Assembly: GCA_035505995.1 (NCBI GenBank)
Contig: DATJQF010000162.1
Coordinates: forward strand, 1 to 51,953
Origin: Bacteroidales bacterium
GTDB taxonomy: Bacteria > Bacteroidota > Bacteroidia > Bacteroidales > FEN-979
Direction: 5' to 3'
DNA: 51,953 nt
Shown here: positions 27,879 to 37,574 of the stretch, piece by piece
Layout of the letters: each line of letters begins with the position of its first letter
How positions within the stretch are numbered: the stretch's first letter is position 1
Made by a program: the position numbers and the translations under genes
The notes under the pieces: model-generated
Told to the model about the DNA's origin: nothing
What the model saw: only the letters and a program-made list of their open reading frames with translations
Database searches by the model: none

Positions 27879-28931
27879 ATGAATATGAAAAAGATATCAT
27901 TAATCCTTGCGGCTATTTTCCTGGTGGGTTCCTTCGCCTGTAAAAAGCAGGAGACGAAAGCCACCCTGAATGCCAACGCAACCGCACCGGTCCTCCTGAA
28001 TATGCAGGAAGGTGCGACGATCGTTCTCAAGAAATCAGATTCTGCCGTCGTGATCGATTTCACCTGGACGACGGCGAGTTTTGGTCAGACTGTGGTGACT
28101 ACCTATATGGTTCAGATGGACAAGCAGGGGAATGATTTTGCCTCTGCAGTGACCCTGGGAGTAGTCACGAACGGCACGCAGATCAGTCTCAGCACCTATG
28201 ATTTCAACAACAAGCTGCTGGCCATGGAGCCCGACCCGACCAATCCGGATCTTCCGCCACTGGCACTGGAATTCAGGGTTCAGGCCACCATCAGCTCCTA
28301 TTATCCGGCCAGCAATTCAACAACGGTCCATCAGACTATCACACCGTATTTTGTAAAGATCGTGTACCCGTTGCTGTTCGTTCCCGGGGATTACCAGGGA
28401 TGGAATCCTGCCGATTCGTCAACCAGCATTGCTTCGGTGGGCGCCAATACCAAGTACCAGGGATATATCTGGTTCGGGCATGACAATACCCAGTATAAGT
28501 ATTGCCAGGGACCGAGCTGGACCACGAACTGGGGTGATGACGGAGCCGATGGAACCCTCAACCCGGGTGGCGCCAATATCGTCGCCGGGCCCAAAGGTTA
28601 CTATAAGCTGGATGTCGACCTGGGGACCCTTACGCATAAGTTCCTGAGGACCGACTGGAGCATCGTGGGTGATGCCTCCGGCGGATGGGATGCGGACAAG
28701 GACATGGTTTATGACAGCATCGCCAAAGAATGGACACTGACCCTTCCGCTGACTGCAGCCGGGATGAAGTTCAGGGCCAACCATGCCTGGGATCTCAACT
28801 ACGGTGATAACAATGCAAACGGGACCCTGCAGGAAGGCGGAGCCAATATCATGGTTCCTGCCGCCGGAAATTACAAGGTCATCCTCAACCTGAGCGGAGC
28901 CATTTATCGCTACAAGCTGCAAGCGCAGTAA
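27879..28931 (+). CDS. SusE/SusF-like outer-membrane glycan-binding lipoprotein
   Basis: Lipobox VGSFACKK. N-terminal SusE-like domain, then two beta-sandwich-type modules with the motifs YQGWNPAD, NWGDDGADGTL and KFRANHAWDLNYGD. Confidence 0.8.
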   Translation: MNMKKISLILAAIFLVGSFACKKQETKATLNANATAPVLLNMQEGATIVLKKSDSAVVIDFTWTTASFGQTVVTTYMVQMDKQGNDFASAVTLGVVTNGTQISLSTYDFNNKLLAMEPDPTNPDLPPLALEFRVQATISSYYPASNSTTVHQTITPYFVKIVYPLLFVPGDYQGWNPADSSTSIASVGANTKYQGYIWFGHDNTQYKYCQGPSWTTNWGDDGADGTLNPGGANIVAGPKGYYKLDVDLGTLTHKFLRTDWSIVGDASGGWDADKDMVYDSIAKEWTLTLPLTAAGMKFRANHAWDLNYGDNNANGTLQEGGANIMVPAAGNYKVILNLSGAIYRYKLQAQ

Positions 28932-28954
28932 TACCTGATGAATATCCGCCTTGT

Positions 28955-28991
28955 AAAAAGGCCGTCCCCGGGAAACCGGGACGGCCTTTTT
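28955..28991. terminator. Bidirectional rho-independent terminator
   Basis: AAAAAGGCCGTCCCCGG-GAAA-CCGGGACGGCCTTTTT is a GC-rich stem flanked by an A-tract and a T-tract. It lies between the convergent SusE/F-like (+) and GH13 (-) genes. Confidence 0.85.
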
Positions 28992-29012
28992 CATTTGCGG
29001 CGGATCCGGATC

Positions 29013-30386
29013 CTATCTGCCTTCCATCACCCGGTACCCCCAGGGTCCAAGGATGAAAGCGGTCCCGTCCTCAATCTGGGCCGTTTCCCCCGAAAATACA
29101 TCCTGGAAGGTCCCGGTCATATTCTTACCGTGAACCTGGAAGGTGATCGGGTTGGGGGACAGATTAAAGACGGCCAGCACGCGGTTCTGGTCCTTTACCC
29201 GCAGGAAGGCGAAGACCTGTTTGCCATGCACCGTTTTCAGCGGGAGCAGGTCTCCGCCCGCCTTCCCGCACCACAGCGCCGGGTTCTCCCTCTTCATCCG
29301 GATGAGGGTGGCATAGAAATTTTCCAGCGGATAGTTATCCCAGGAGACGGTGTCCTTGTCAAAGAATTTCAGGCGGCGGTTGAAGGCGGCTTCCTGACCC
29401 GTGTAGATGAGGGGCATGCCGGGCAGGGTGAACGTGAGGACGGCAAAGCATTTCGCACCCTCTCCCAGCCGTTCATATTCGGTCCCGTTCCAGGAGTTCT
29501 CGTCATGATTCGACGTGAACAGCATCCGGTAGGCGTCTTTCGGGTAGGTCGTATCTTCCCGGGCCAGAAGGGAATCGATCCCGGCGGCGGTTCTTTCACC
29601 CTTGGCGATCTGGTTCATCAGGTGGTACAGGTTCCAGGAATAGGTCATGTCGAAGGCCTGCTCATGCATCTCGGGCGTTTCCCACTCGGCCAGCATGAAT
29701 ACGGGCTTGATCTTCCTGAGTTCCGGCACTGCCCAATTCCAGAAGCTGACCGGGAGCATTCCGGCCACATCGCACCGGAAGCCATCCACGCCGGCCTCCT
29801 TCACCCAGTAGACCAGTGCATTTTTCATGTACTCCCGCAGCCCTTCCTGGTTGTAATCCAGGTCGGCGGCATCGGTCCAGTCCTTTACGGGGGAAACGAT
29901 ATTCCCGGCCGCATCATGGGTGTACCATTCCGGGTGCTCCGTGATCAGGTTGTTGTCCCAGGAGGTGTGGTTGGCCACCCAGTCGATGATCACTTTCATC
30001 CCCAGGTTGTGGGCCTCCTTCACGAGGGATTTCAGGTCCGACAGCGTGCCGTATTCCGGGTTGACCCCGAGATAATCCTTCACGGAGTAATAGCTCCCCA
30101 GGGATCCTTTCCGGTTCTTGATCCCGATGGGATTCACGGGCATCAGCCAGAGGATCTCCACCCCCATCTTCTTCAGGCGGGGAAGGTGCTTTTCGAAGGC
30201 GGCAAAAGTCCCTTCCGGCGTGTACTGCCGGATGTTCACTTCATAGATGGTCGCGTTCCTGCTCCATTCGGGATGAACGACCGCGGAGGGGATCTCTTTT
30301 TTCGGAACACAGAAGGCATACAGCAGGAAAGCCGCTGTCACCAGTCCGGTGATCACAATCACGATCAGAAACGGGTATCGGGTCAT
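29013..30386 (-). CDS. Periplasmic/membrane-anchored GH13 alpha-amylase
   Basis: N-terminal anchor FLIVIVITGLVTAAFLLYAF. GH13 regions are VIIDWVANH, GVDGFRCDVAG, FMLAEWE and FTSNHDENS. Confidence 0.88.
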   Translation of the reverse strand: MTRYPFLIVIVITGLVTAAFLLYAFCVPKKEIPSAVVHPEWSRNATIYEVNIRQYTPEGTFAAFEKHLPRLKKMGVEILWLMPVNPIGIKNRKGSLGSYYSVKDYLGVNPEYGTLSDLKSLVKEAHNLGMKVIIDWVANHTSWDNNLITEHPEWYTHDAAGNIVSPVKDWTDAADLDYNQEGLREYMKNALVYWVKEAGVDGFRCDVAGMLPVSFWNWAVPELRKIKPVFMLAEWETPEMHEQAFDMTYSWNLYHLMNQIAKGERTAAGIDSLLAREDTTYPKDAYRMLFTSNHDENSWNGTEYERLGEGAKCFAVLTFTLPGMPLIYTGQEAAFNRRLKFFDKDTVSWDNYPLENFYATLIRMKRENPALWCGKAGGDLLPLKTVHGKQVFAFLRVKDQNRVLAVFNLSPNPITFQVHGKNMTGTFQDVFSGETAQIEDGTAFILGPWGYRVMEGR

Positions 30387-30397
30387 AGCGTTTGCAT

Positions 30398-32797
30398 TTA
30401 AGGTTGATCGGTAAGGATTTCAAACGAATATCCCGGCAGGGTAAGGGATATTTTTTGCTTATCGCGGGTGAACGGGGTCCCGAAATGGCCCTGCAGCGTC
30501 TTGATTCCGGACACCTCTTCCGCATCGAATTCTATTTTTTTCGGAGCATCATCCTTATTGAAGATCACGACCGCCACCTGGTCGAAATAGCTTCTCAGGT
30601 AAACAAATACTTTGTCGGTCAGCTTAAGGATCCTGAAATCCCCGTAGATCAGGGGCAGTTCTTCGCGCCGCAGGCGGATCAGCTTCTGAACCGTTGCCCG
30701 GGTAGCGGATTCCTGCGGGGTCAGGTGGTCGAATTTCATCATCCTCCGGTTGTCCGGATCGTTGGCGCCGGGCATCCCGTATTCGTCGCCGTAATAGATG
30801 ACCGGGATCCCGGGAATGGTCATATTAAAGGCGATCAGCGAAGCCAGCATCTTGTATCCCGCCGTATCCTTCACTTCCACATCGCGCTTCCATCCGGCTT
30901 CCGTGCTGCTTTCCGTGACCGACAGGGCGCCTGAAGCCAGCGAAATGAACCTCGGCTGGTCCTGGTTCCCGGTGATATTGCCCATCAGGTGATGCTCGCC
31001 GTAATAGTTGAAGGATTCCTGCAGGGCAAAGGCCAGGTCGCGGAAAGTAAAATCGCCTCCAAACACATTCTTGGCTGTGAAATAGAGGTCAAAATCAAAC
31101 TGGGCATCCAGCTCACCCGGGTGGATGTAGCTTTTGATCAGCTCTCGGCTTCCGTAGGTTTCCCCGATCTGGTAAACCGGCCGGTTCTCGGGTACGACCA
31201 CCTGCTCGTTGATCTTTTGGGTGAGCGTCCGCCAGTAGATCTCCGGGATATGCTTGGTGGCATCGTGCCGGAACCCGTCGATATGTTCATCCCTGACCCA
31301 GAAAAGTGCGGAGTCCGACAGCATCTGGTAAACTTCCGGTTTGGTGAGGTCGAGGGTGGGCAGGAACTCATCGAACCAGGTGGTCAGCCGCTGCTCGTCC
31401 CACATCCTCAGGTTCTTTTTCCCGTTCTTCAGCATCAGGGAAGTGAACCAGTCGGGATGATCCCTGTAAATTTTGCTTTCCTGGTGGACATGATGCGAGA
31501 CGTAATCCAGGAGGATGTTCAGCCCGTGGTCATGCGCGACACCTGCCATTTCCGCAAACTCCTTTCCCGTTCCGAAATGGTTATCGACGGTCGTGAGGGT
31601 CACCGGCCAGTATCCGTGGTAGCCGGAGAATTTCCGGTGAGGCGGAAGGTATTCGGTCCAGGCGTCCGGAGGGTTCTGCGTGACCGGCGAGATCCAGATC
31701 GTATTGATCCCCAGTCCTGAGAAATACCCGTCATTGATCTTCTGCTCGATCCCGGCCAGGTCGCCGCCCATGAAGTTGACCTTCGGATCCAGGTCCTTAT
31801 CTTTCACCGGGGCATCATTTTTCGGATCGCCGTCGCAGAACCGGTCCACCATCAGGAAATAAATGACCATCGCCTCCTTATCCCCCCGGGTCAGCTCCGC
31901 GGGGTCCAGGATCACTTTGCCATCGTGCAGCGGAACCAGGATCTCATTGGAAGATCCGGCGGCGTTGACGGCCCAGATCCGCAGGAAGGAACGTTCAAAC
32001 TGCCTGGCTTTTTTGGGGAGCGTGACCACCAGTCCGGCCGAGTCGGTCTTCAGGAATTTATTGCCCAGCCGGTAATTCTGCCAGAAGGCGAAATACTCTT
32101 TCACCCTGTTCCTGCAACCGATCCGGATGGAATTCTTATCGGCTTTATCGGTGATAAGGAATGGCACACCCGGAGGAGAAACCGATCCCACATGAAACAC
32201 CGAATTGTATCCGCCCATGCCGTTCGGCATCTTTTCGGGATTGGCCGGATCCAGCATCCATTTCCCGTCGATCACCAGTTGGTACTGGTATTTGCCGGGG
32301 TTCAGCAAAAGGTCCGTCTGCCAGATGCCGTCCTTCAGGGTCAAATACGTGTTGGCGGGGTTCCAGCTGTTAACCTCTCCTGCCAGTTGCACTCTCTTGT
32401 ACGTTTTTCCTTTCGGATCGAAGGTGATCCTTTGCCAGGTCTTCCGGGATCTTTCCAGCAGGAGGGAATAGGGAATGCCTTTGATCCAGAAGGTCATCCC
32501 GCTCATCTTCGGGATGGCTTTCCTTCCCGTCAGGATCACCATCCGGGTGGTATCGGCCGAAATGGTAAAGGTAAGGGACGGATCCAGCCGGACGGAATCG
32601 AGCTTTACCGGCCTGAGGAAGTAATCCTGCAGGATCAGCACGGTCGAATCCGGCTGAAGGACCACCGGGGCCATCAGGCCCGTGGTTCTGGGAATTTTAT
32701 CAACGGGAATGTCTTCCCTGCCCGTGCAGGCGTACAATAACAGCAGCAGGACCGGCAAAACAACCGGTCTTGCGAACGAACTTATCCGGGTGATCAT
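30398..32797 (-). CDS. GH13 lipoprotein with CBM48 (neopullulanase/pullulanase-like)
   Basis: Lipobox LLLYACTG. CBM48-like segment VQLAGEVNSWNP...GKYQYQLVIDGKWMLDPANP. GH13 regions are ILLDYVSHHVH, IDGFRHDATKH, YQIGETYG and ITGNQDQPRF. The catalytic D/E/D residues are present, and the region IV His is replaced by Gln. Confidence 0.85.
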   Translation of the reverse strand: MITRISSFARPVVLPVLLLLLYACTGREDIPVDKIPRTTGLMAPVVLQPDSTVLILQDYFLRPVKLDSVRLDPSLTFTISADTTRMVILTGRKAIPKMSGMTFWIKGIPYSLLLERSRKTWQRITFDPKGKTYKRVQLAGEVNSWNPANTYLTLKDGIWQTDLLLNPGKYQYQLVIDGKWMLDPANPEKMPNGMGGYNSVFHVGSVSPPGVPFLITDKADKNSIRIGCRNRVKEYFAFWQNYRLGNKFLKTDSAGLVVTLPKKARQFERSFLRIWAVNAAGSSNEILVPLHDGKVILDPAELTRGDKEAMVIYFLMVDRFCDGDPKNDAPVKDKDLDPKVNFMGGDLAGIEQKINDGYFSGLGINTIWISPVTQNPPDAWTEYLPPHRKFSGYHGYWPVTLTTVDNHFGTGKEFAEMAGVAHDHGLNILLDYVSHHVHQESKIYRDHPDWFTSLMLKNGKKNLRMWDEQRLTTWFDEFLPTLDLTKPEVYQMLSDSALFWVRDEHIDGFRHDATKHIPEIYWRTLTQKINEQVVVPENRPVYQIGETYGSRELIKSYIHPGELDAQFDFDLYFTAKNVFGGDFTFRDLAFALQESFNYYGEHHLMGNITGNQDQPRFISLASGALSVTESSTEAGWKRDVEVKDTAGYKMLASLIAFNMTIPGIPVIYYGDEYGMPGANDPDNRRMMKFDHLTPQESATRATVQKLIRLRREELPLIYGDFRILKLTDKVFVYLRSYFDQVAVVIFNKDDAPKKIEFDAEEVSGIKTLQGHFGTPFTRDKQKISLTLPGYSFEILTDQP

Positions 32798-32801
32798 AGG
32801 T

Positions 32802-34070
32802 TTACGGATTTATGTTTTGCAAGGTCTTTTTCTTCCGGGTATCATCCTTTACCAGGATCCATAAAACGGCGGAAACCGCCAGGGATGCCCCGCTGATCAT
32901 GAAAATAATTCCTTTGTCGGCTGCCTGCCGGATCACGGTGCCGATAAAGAGGCTGGAGATCAGCTGGGGCAGGACCACCGAAAGGTTGAATATCCCCATG
33001 AAGAAGCCCATTTTCCGTTTATCCACTTTTTCCGACATGATGGCAAAAGGCAGGCTCACCACGGCCGCCCACCCGAAGGTCAGGAACCCCATCAGGATAT
33101 AAAGGGTCAGGGAGCTTCTCGAGAACAGCACGATGCCGAAATAGGCCAGCGACATACTCAGTACGGCCAGGATATGGGTTCGTACCCGTCCGATCTTCTT
33201 GCTGAGCGGCTCCAGCAAAAATGCCGGCCAGATTGATCCGACTGCATTCAGGATGAAAAAAGACCATCCGATCATCTGTCCGGTAACTGCCGTTTCAACC
33301 GGATGGATCTTCTGCTCGATAAAGGCGATGATATAGACGAACATCGTCTGGATGCCGAGCCATGAAAAACCGTGGGCGAAGTAAAGCCGGAAAAGCTGTC
33401 CCCATTGCGTCCGGGTGGCCTGGACATGCTGCGTATCCGTCTCTTCTTCCTTCTGCAATATCCGGGGCTCGCTGATGAAAAAGAGCGGACCGATGGAAAA
33501 CACCAATACGATCAGCACCCCGGCATAGATCAGAAAATAATTCCCGATCAATGCTCCCATCAGGTAAGCGCCGCTTCCGAACAGGTTGGAAACCGATTGC
33601 ATCCAGGTGTAGCCTTTGGTGCGCGGGACGCCGGCCGGACAAACATCTGCAATGATCGACCGGGTGGGATTAAAGGAAATATTGATGGAAAGGTCAAGGG
33701 TCAGGGCCACGGTGATCGCTACGGCCATCAGGCTTCCCAGTCCGAAGAACGAATTGATGCGATCGATGTTTGGAAGGGCCAGGATGCTCAAAGCTGCCAG
33801 GATCCCCCCGATGATGATGAAAGGCCTTCTCCTCCCTCCCCAGAACCAGATCTTATCGCTGATCAGCCCGATGATGGGTTGTCCCAGGATCCCTGCGATG
33901 GGACCGGCCGCCCAGACAAATCCTATCTGGTCGATCTCCAGGTGGTACTTGGTTCTTAAGATCCAGCTCAGCACGGCGATCTGGATGGATAATGCAAAAC
34001 CCATCGCCGTGGACGGAAGGCCCAGGATGATGTAGAACAGGTTGGTTAGTTTTTTCTGGATAGACAGCAT
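32802..34070 (-). CDS. MFS sugar:cation symporter, GPH/SLC45-like
   Basis: 12-TM profile. Signature GQPIIGLISDKIWFWGGRRRPF, typical of the sucrose/maltose-type GPH/SLC45 family. Confidence 0.8.
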   Translation of the reverse strand: MLSIQKKLTNLFYIILGLPSTAMGFALSIQIAVLSWILRTKYHLEIDQIGFVWAAGPIAGILGQPIIGLISDKIWFWGGRRRPFIIIGGILAALSILALPNIDRINSFFGLGSLMAVAITVALTLDLSINISFNPTRSIIADVCPAGVPRTKGYTWMQSVSNLFGSGAYLMGALIGNYFLIYAGVLIVLVFSIGPLFFISEPRILQKEEETDTQHVQATRTQWGQLFRLYFAHGFSWLGIQTMFVYIIAFIEQKIHPVETAVTGQMIGWSFFILNAVGSIWPAFLLEPLSKKIGRVRTHILAVLSMSLAYFGIVLFSRSSLTLYILMGFLTFGWAAVVSLPFAIMSEKVDKRKMGFFMGIFNLSVVLPQLISSLFIGTVIRQAADKGIIFMISGASLAVSAVLWILVKDDTRKKKTLQNINP

Positions 34071-34075
34071 GAATA

Positions 34076-34145
34076 ATTACGGATTATGGATTATGGATTA
34101 CGGATTACGAATTACGGATTACGGATTACGGATTACGGATTATGA
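34076..34145. repeat. Tandem heptanucleotide array (ATTAYGR)x10
   Basis: ATTACGG ATTATGG ATTATGG ATTACGG ATTACGA ATTACGG ATTACGG ATTACGG ATTACGG ATTATGA. The array fills the gap between the GH13 stop (34150-34152) and the MFS start (34070). Confidence 0.95.
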
Positions 34146-34149
34146 ATGA

Positions 34150-36057
34150 CTAATGGTTAAATTCTATAATAACCACCGACTTGGGAAGCAGCTGCAGACT
34201 AAAAATATCCGTCACGGACTGACCGGAGATCACTTCTCTTCCGCCCTGAAAACCCTTCAGGAATTCCTGGTATGCGTTCCGGTCGATGGTTTTGGAATCC
34301 GTTTCATTATTGTTCATGATCACCATGACGGTATCGGACTCATTGTACCGGAAGTAGACATAGATCCCGTCCCTCGGCACGAACTGGGTCAGCTTTCCTG
34401 TATGGATCACATCCTTTCCTTTTCTCCAGTTCAGTAATGTCTCCAGCCAGTTGAACATGTCGTTCTGATCCGGTGTCCTGCCTTTGGCAACGAATGCATT
34501 GACTGCATCGCCCGGCCATCCGCCGGGGAAATCCCTGCGTTTGAACCCGTCCCCTTTATCGGCACCGGTGGTCATCAGCACTTCCGTTCCGTAATAGATC
34601 TCGGGAATTCCGCGGGTGGTCAGAATAAAGGCCAGGCCCATCTTTACTTTCCGGATATCATTCCCCTGGGCATCGTAATAGCGGTTCACATCGTGGCTGT
34701 CGGCGAAGACCACGATATGCGAGGGATCGGGATAGGAAAAATCCTGGTAAAGGATCTCATACAGGCGGGAGATCCCGGTGCTCCAGCCGTCCTTCTCCAT
34801 GAACCCGAGCCGCAGGGCGTCGTACATCGCGAAATCAAATACGCTGGGGAGCCAGGAATTATAATGATCCCTGTTCAATGCGTCTTTCTGCCAGTAGGCG
34901 ATCGAGGCGGGATAGGTGGCCCAGCATTCCCCCACGATGTTGAAGTCGGGGTATTCCGTCAGCACGGCCCGGTCCCAGTCCGCCATAAAATCCCTGAAAC
35001 AGTATGGATAGGTATCCTGCCGGATCCCGTCCAGCCCCGCGTATTCGATCCACCAGATGCTGTTCTGGATCAGGTATTTCGCCACGAACGGGTTATGCTG
35101 GTTGAGGTCGGGCATGGTCTTGTCGAACCATCCCTTTACGAATTCGATGCTGTCGTACTGCGAAGCATAGGGATCCAGCTGGCTGCTGGAACGGAAGGAG
35201 CTCCGGGTATATTCCGGGAACTGGTTGATCCAGTCGGGCGACGGAAGATCGTTCATCCACCAGTGGTAGGATCCGCAGTGGTTGAACACCATGTCCATGA
35301 TCAGCTTCATCCCTCTTTTATGGATCGCATCGGACAGCGCCAGGTAATCGGCATTGCTGCCGAACCTGGGATCGGTCTTGTAATAGTCGGTGGTGGAATA
35401 ACCATGATAGGAATATTTCAACATGTCGTTCTCCAGCAGCGGGTTGATCCAGATGGCGGTCGCTCCCAGGTCTTTGATATAATCCAGGTGATCCAGGATG
35501 CCTTTGATATCTCCCCCGTGCCGTCCGTTGGGATCGGAGCGGTTCACGCCCTGTCGTAATCCCGGTACGGAATCGTTGGAGGGATCCCCGTTGGCGAACC
35601 GGTCGGGGGTGATCAGGTAGATCACGTCCGCGGAGCTGAATCCCTTGCGCCGGGAAGAACCGGTCAGTCGATCCCGCAGGGTGTAAGGGTAGATGGCAAT
35701 CGTGGAATCGTTCCTCTTAAAGAAGATATTGAAGAATCCCGGTCTGGCGGCAGCCGAGATCTTAAGATCCAGGAAAAGGTAATTCGGATTTTCCGTCCGC
35801 TCGACCTGTTCCAGGAGGACCCCCGGATAATTGAATGTGACCGTCGCCCGGGTTATATTTTTCCCGTGAACCAGGATCTGCAATTCGGGATTTTTAAACC
35901 CGGTCCACCAGAAGGGCGGCTCCACCTGCTGAAGGACCTTTTGCTGTGCCTGAAGTGTAGGTGGTAAGAGTAACCAGAATATCAGAAACAGAACACTCAA
36001 ACCCGTTACGCGTAACGCGTAACGTGAACCCCGGTTTTTACTTCCCATGCCTTTCAT
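34150..36057 (-). CDS. Periplasmic GH13 with cyclomaltodextrinase-type N-domain
   Basis: Signal peptide ...LLLPPTLQAQQ. N-domain VEPPFWWTGFKNPELQILVHG. GH13 regions are LIMDMVFNH, GLDGIRQDT, NIVGECW and FADSHDVNR. Confidence 0.88.
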   Translation of the reverse strand: MKGMGSKNRGSRYALRVTGLSVLFLIFWLLLPPTLQAQQKVLQQVEPPFWWTGFKNPELQILVHGKNITRATVTFNYPGVLLEQVERTENPNYLFLDLKISAAARPGFFNIFFKRNDSTIAIYPYTLRDRLTGSSRRKGFSSADVIYLITPDRFANGDPSNDSVPGLRQGVNRSDPNGRHGGDIKGILDHLDYIKDLGATAIWINPLLENDMLKYSYHGYSTTDYYKTDPRFGSNADYLALSDAIHKRGMKLIMDMVFNHCGSYHWWMNDLPSPDWINQFPEYTRSSFRSSSQLDPYASQYDSIEFVKGWFDKTMPDLNQHNPFVAKYLIQNSIWWIEYAGLDGIRQDTYPYCFRDFMADWDRAVLTEYPDFNIVGECWATYPASIAYWQKDALNRDHYNSWLPSVFDFAMYDALRLGFMEKDGWSTGISRLYEILYQDFSYPDPSHIVVFADSHDVNRYYDAQGNDIRKVKMGLAFILTTRGIPEIYYGTEVLMTTGADKGDGFKRRDFPGGWPGDAVNAFVAKGRTPDQNDMFNWLETLLNWRKGKDVIHTGKLTQFVPRDGIYVYFRYNESDTVMVIMNNNETDSKTIDRNAYQEFLKGFQGGREVISGQSVTDIFSLQLLPKSVVIIEFNH

Positions 36058-37528
36058 ACAATACGGTTAAATGTTCCAGTCGTTTAGTCAGCTTGTTCGT
36101 CAACTGTGAGGCACGAAGCCTCCACATCCAGTTACGCTCCGTGGTTCCCGGGAAATTCATCCGGGCCTCGTTATCCAGGCCCAGCAGGTCCTGCATCGGA
36201 ACGATGGCGATCCTTGCGGTGGAGGCCCAGGCCAGTCGGATGAAATCCCAGTGGATCTCTTCTCCCGATACGTTCATGTAATCGAGCACATACTTCCGGT
36301 CTTTCTCTTTTGCATTGGAGAACCAGCCGGCAATGGTCTCGTTGTCGTGCGTGCCGGTGTACACCACGCAGTTCCGGGTGAAATTATGCGGGAGGAAATC
36401 ATTGGGTTCCCCGGAATCGAAGGCAAACTGCAGGATCTTCATCCCCGGAAGTTTGAACGAGTCCCTCAGGTCCTGCACATCGGGAGTGATCACGCCCAGG
36501 TCTTCCGCGATCACGGGGATATCGCCCAGTTCTTTCTGGATGGCGGTCAGGAGCTCTTTGCCCGGACAGTTGATCCATTCCCCCTTCACGGCGGTCTTTT
36601 CCCCGTAGGGCACCGACCAGTAGGCCGCCAGACCCCGGAAATGGTCGATCCGGATCATATCATACAGTTCCAGGTTGGCCTTGATCCGCCGGATCCACCA
36701 TTTATAGCCGTCCCTGGCCATCTGGCTCCAGTTGTACAGCGGATTTCCCCATAGCTGCCCGGTCTTGCTGAAATAATCGGGGGGGACCCCGCCTACCGCG
36801 ACCGGGTTCTTATCCTTGTCGAACTGGAAGTTTCCCGGGCCGGCCCAGGCATCCACGCTGTCGAGCGCCACATACAGGGGGATGTCGCCGATGATCTTTA
36901 TGTTGCGGCCATGCGCATAATCCTTCAGCGACTTCCATTGCCGGAAGAAGATATACTGGATGAATTTCTGGTATTCGATTTTTTCGTGCAGTTGGGCAAA
37001 CAGGGACTTGACCGCCTGTTCTTCCTTCAGCTTAAAAGGCTTTTCCCACTGGTACCAGGGCTGGAGGCCAAAATGCTCCTTCAGCGCCATGAACAGGGCA
37101 TAATCGAGGATCCAGGCTGAGTTCACGTCGAGAAATTGATAATACTGGTCCTTTTCCTGTTTGCCCGCTTTGGCGTGGAAGGCTTCGGAAGCTTTCTTCA
37201 GCACCGGGACCCGGCTTCGGATCACCTTACCGTAATCAATTTTCACGTCGTGCGATTCTTTTAACGGCTCGATATCCCCGCCCTCCAGCCAACCCTCCGA
37301 AACAAGGATCTCCGGGTCGATCAGCAGGGGATTGCCTGCATTCGCCGAGAAGCACTGGTAGGGGGAATCGGCAAACCCGGTGGGTCCGAGCGGCAGGATC
37401 TGCCAGTATTTCTGTTTGGCTTCCGCGAGAAAATCGATGAAGGCCCTGGCCTCTTTTCCCAGGGTCCCAATGCCATACCTGCCGGGAAGCGAAGTGGGAT
37501 GAAGCAAAATTCCGGAAGATCGTTCCAT
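36038..37528 (-). CDS. malQ: 4-alpha-glucanotransferase (amylomaltase, GH77)
   Basis: The N-terminus SSGILLHPTSLPGRYGIGTLG...WQILPLGPT...SPYQCFSANAGNPLLID is classic MalQ. No signal peptide. Its 3' end overlaps the downstream GH13 start by 20 nt. Confidence 0.93.
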   Translation of the reverse strand: MERSSGILLHPTSLPGRYGIGTLGKEARAFIDFLAEAKQKYWQILPLGPTGFADSPYQCFSANAGNPLLIDPEILVSEGWLEGGDIEPLKESHDVKIDYGKVIRSRVPVLKKASEAFHAKAGKQEKDQYYQFLDVNSAWILDYALFMALKEHFGLQPWYQWEKPFKLKEEQAVKSLFAQLHEKIEYQKFIQYIFFRQWKSLKDYAHGRNIKIIGDIPLYVALDSVDAWAGPGNFQFDKDKNPVAVGGVPPDYFSKTGQLWGNPLYNWSQMARDGYKWWIRRIKANLELYDMIRIDHFRGLAAYWSVPYGEKTAVKGEWINCPGKELLTAIQKELGDIPVIAEDLGVITPDVQDLRDSFKLPGMKILQFAFDSGEPNDFLPHNFTRNCVVYTGTHDNETIAGWFSNAKEKDRKYVLDYMNVSGEEIHWDFIRLAWASTARIAIVPMQDLLGLDNEARMNFPGTTERNWMWRLRASQLTNKLTKRLEHLTVLYERHGK

Positions 37529-37574
37529 AAGAGATTAAATGAGTGTCGCTTTATAGTTGACCGGGTCTGCGGCT

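Noticed and set aside
30398-32797. GH13 with region IV His replaced by Gln (GNQDQPRF) and region I Asn replaced by His, considered as an inactive pseudo-enzyme.
   Set aside because: The catalytic Asp (GFRHD), Glu (GETYG) and Asp (NQD) residues are all present. Such substitutions may occur in active GH13 subfamilies, so there is no basis to call it inactive.
34076-34145. The 7-bp array, and the 9-bp arrays at 10491-10517 and 12713-12766, considered as CRISPR arrays.
   Set aside because: The units are 7-9 bp and contiguous with no spacers, and no cas genes are present. They are micro/minisatellites, not CRISPR.
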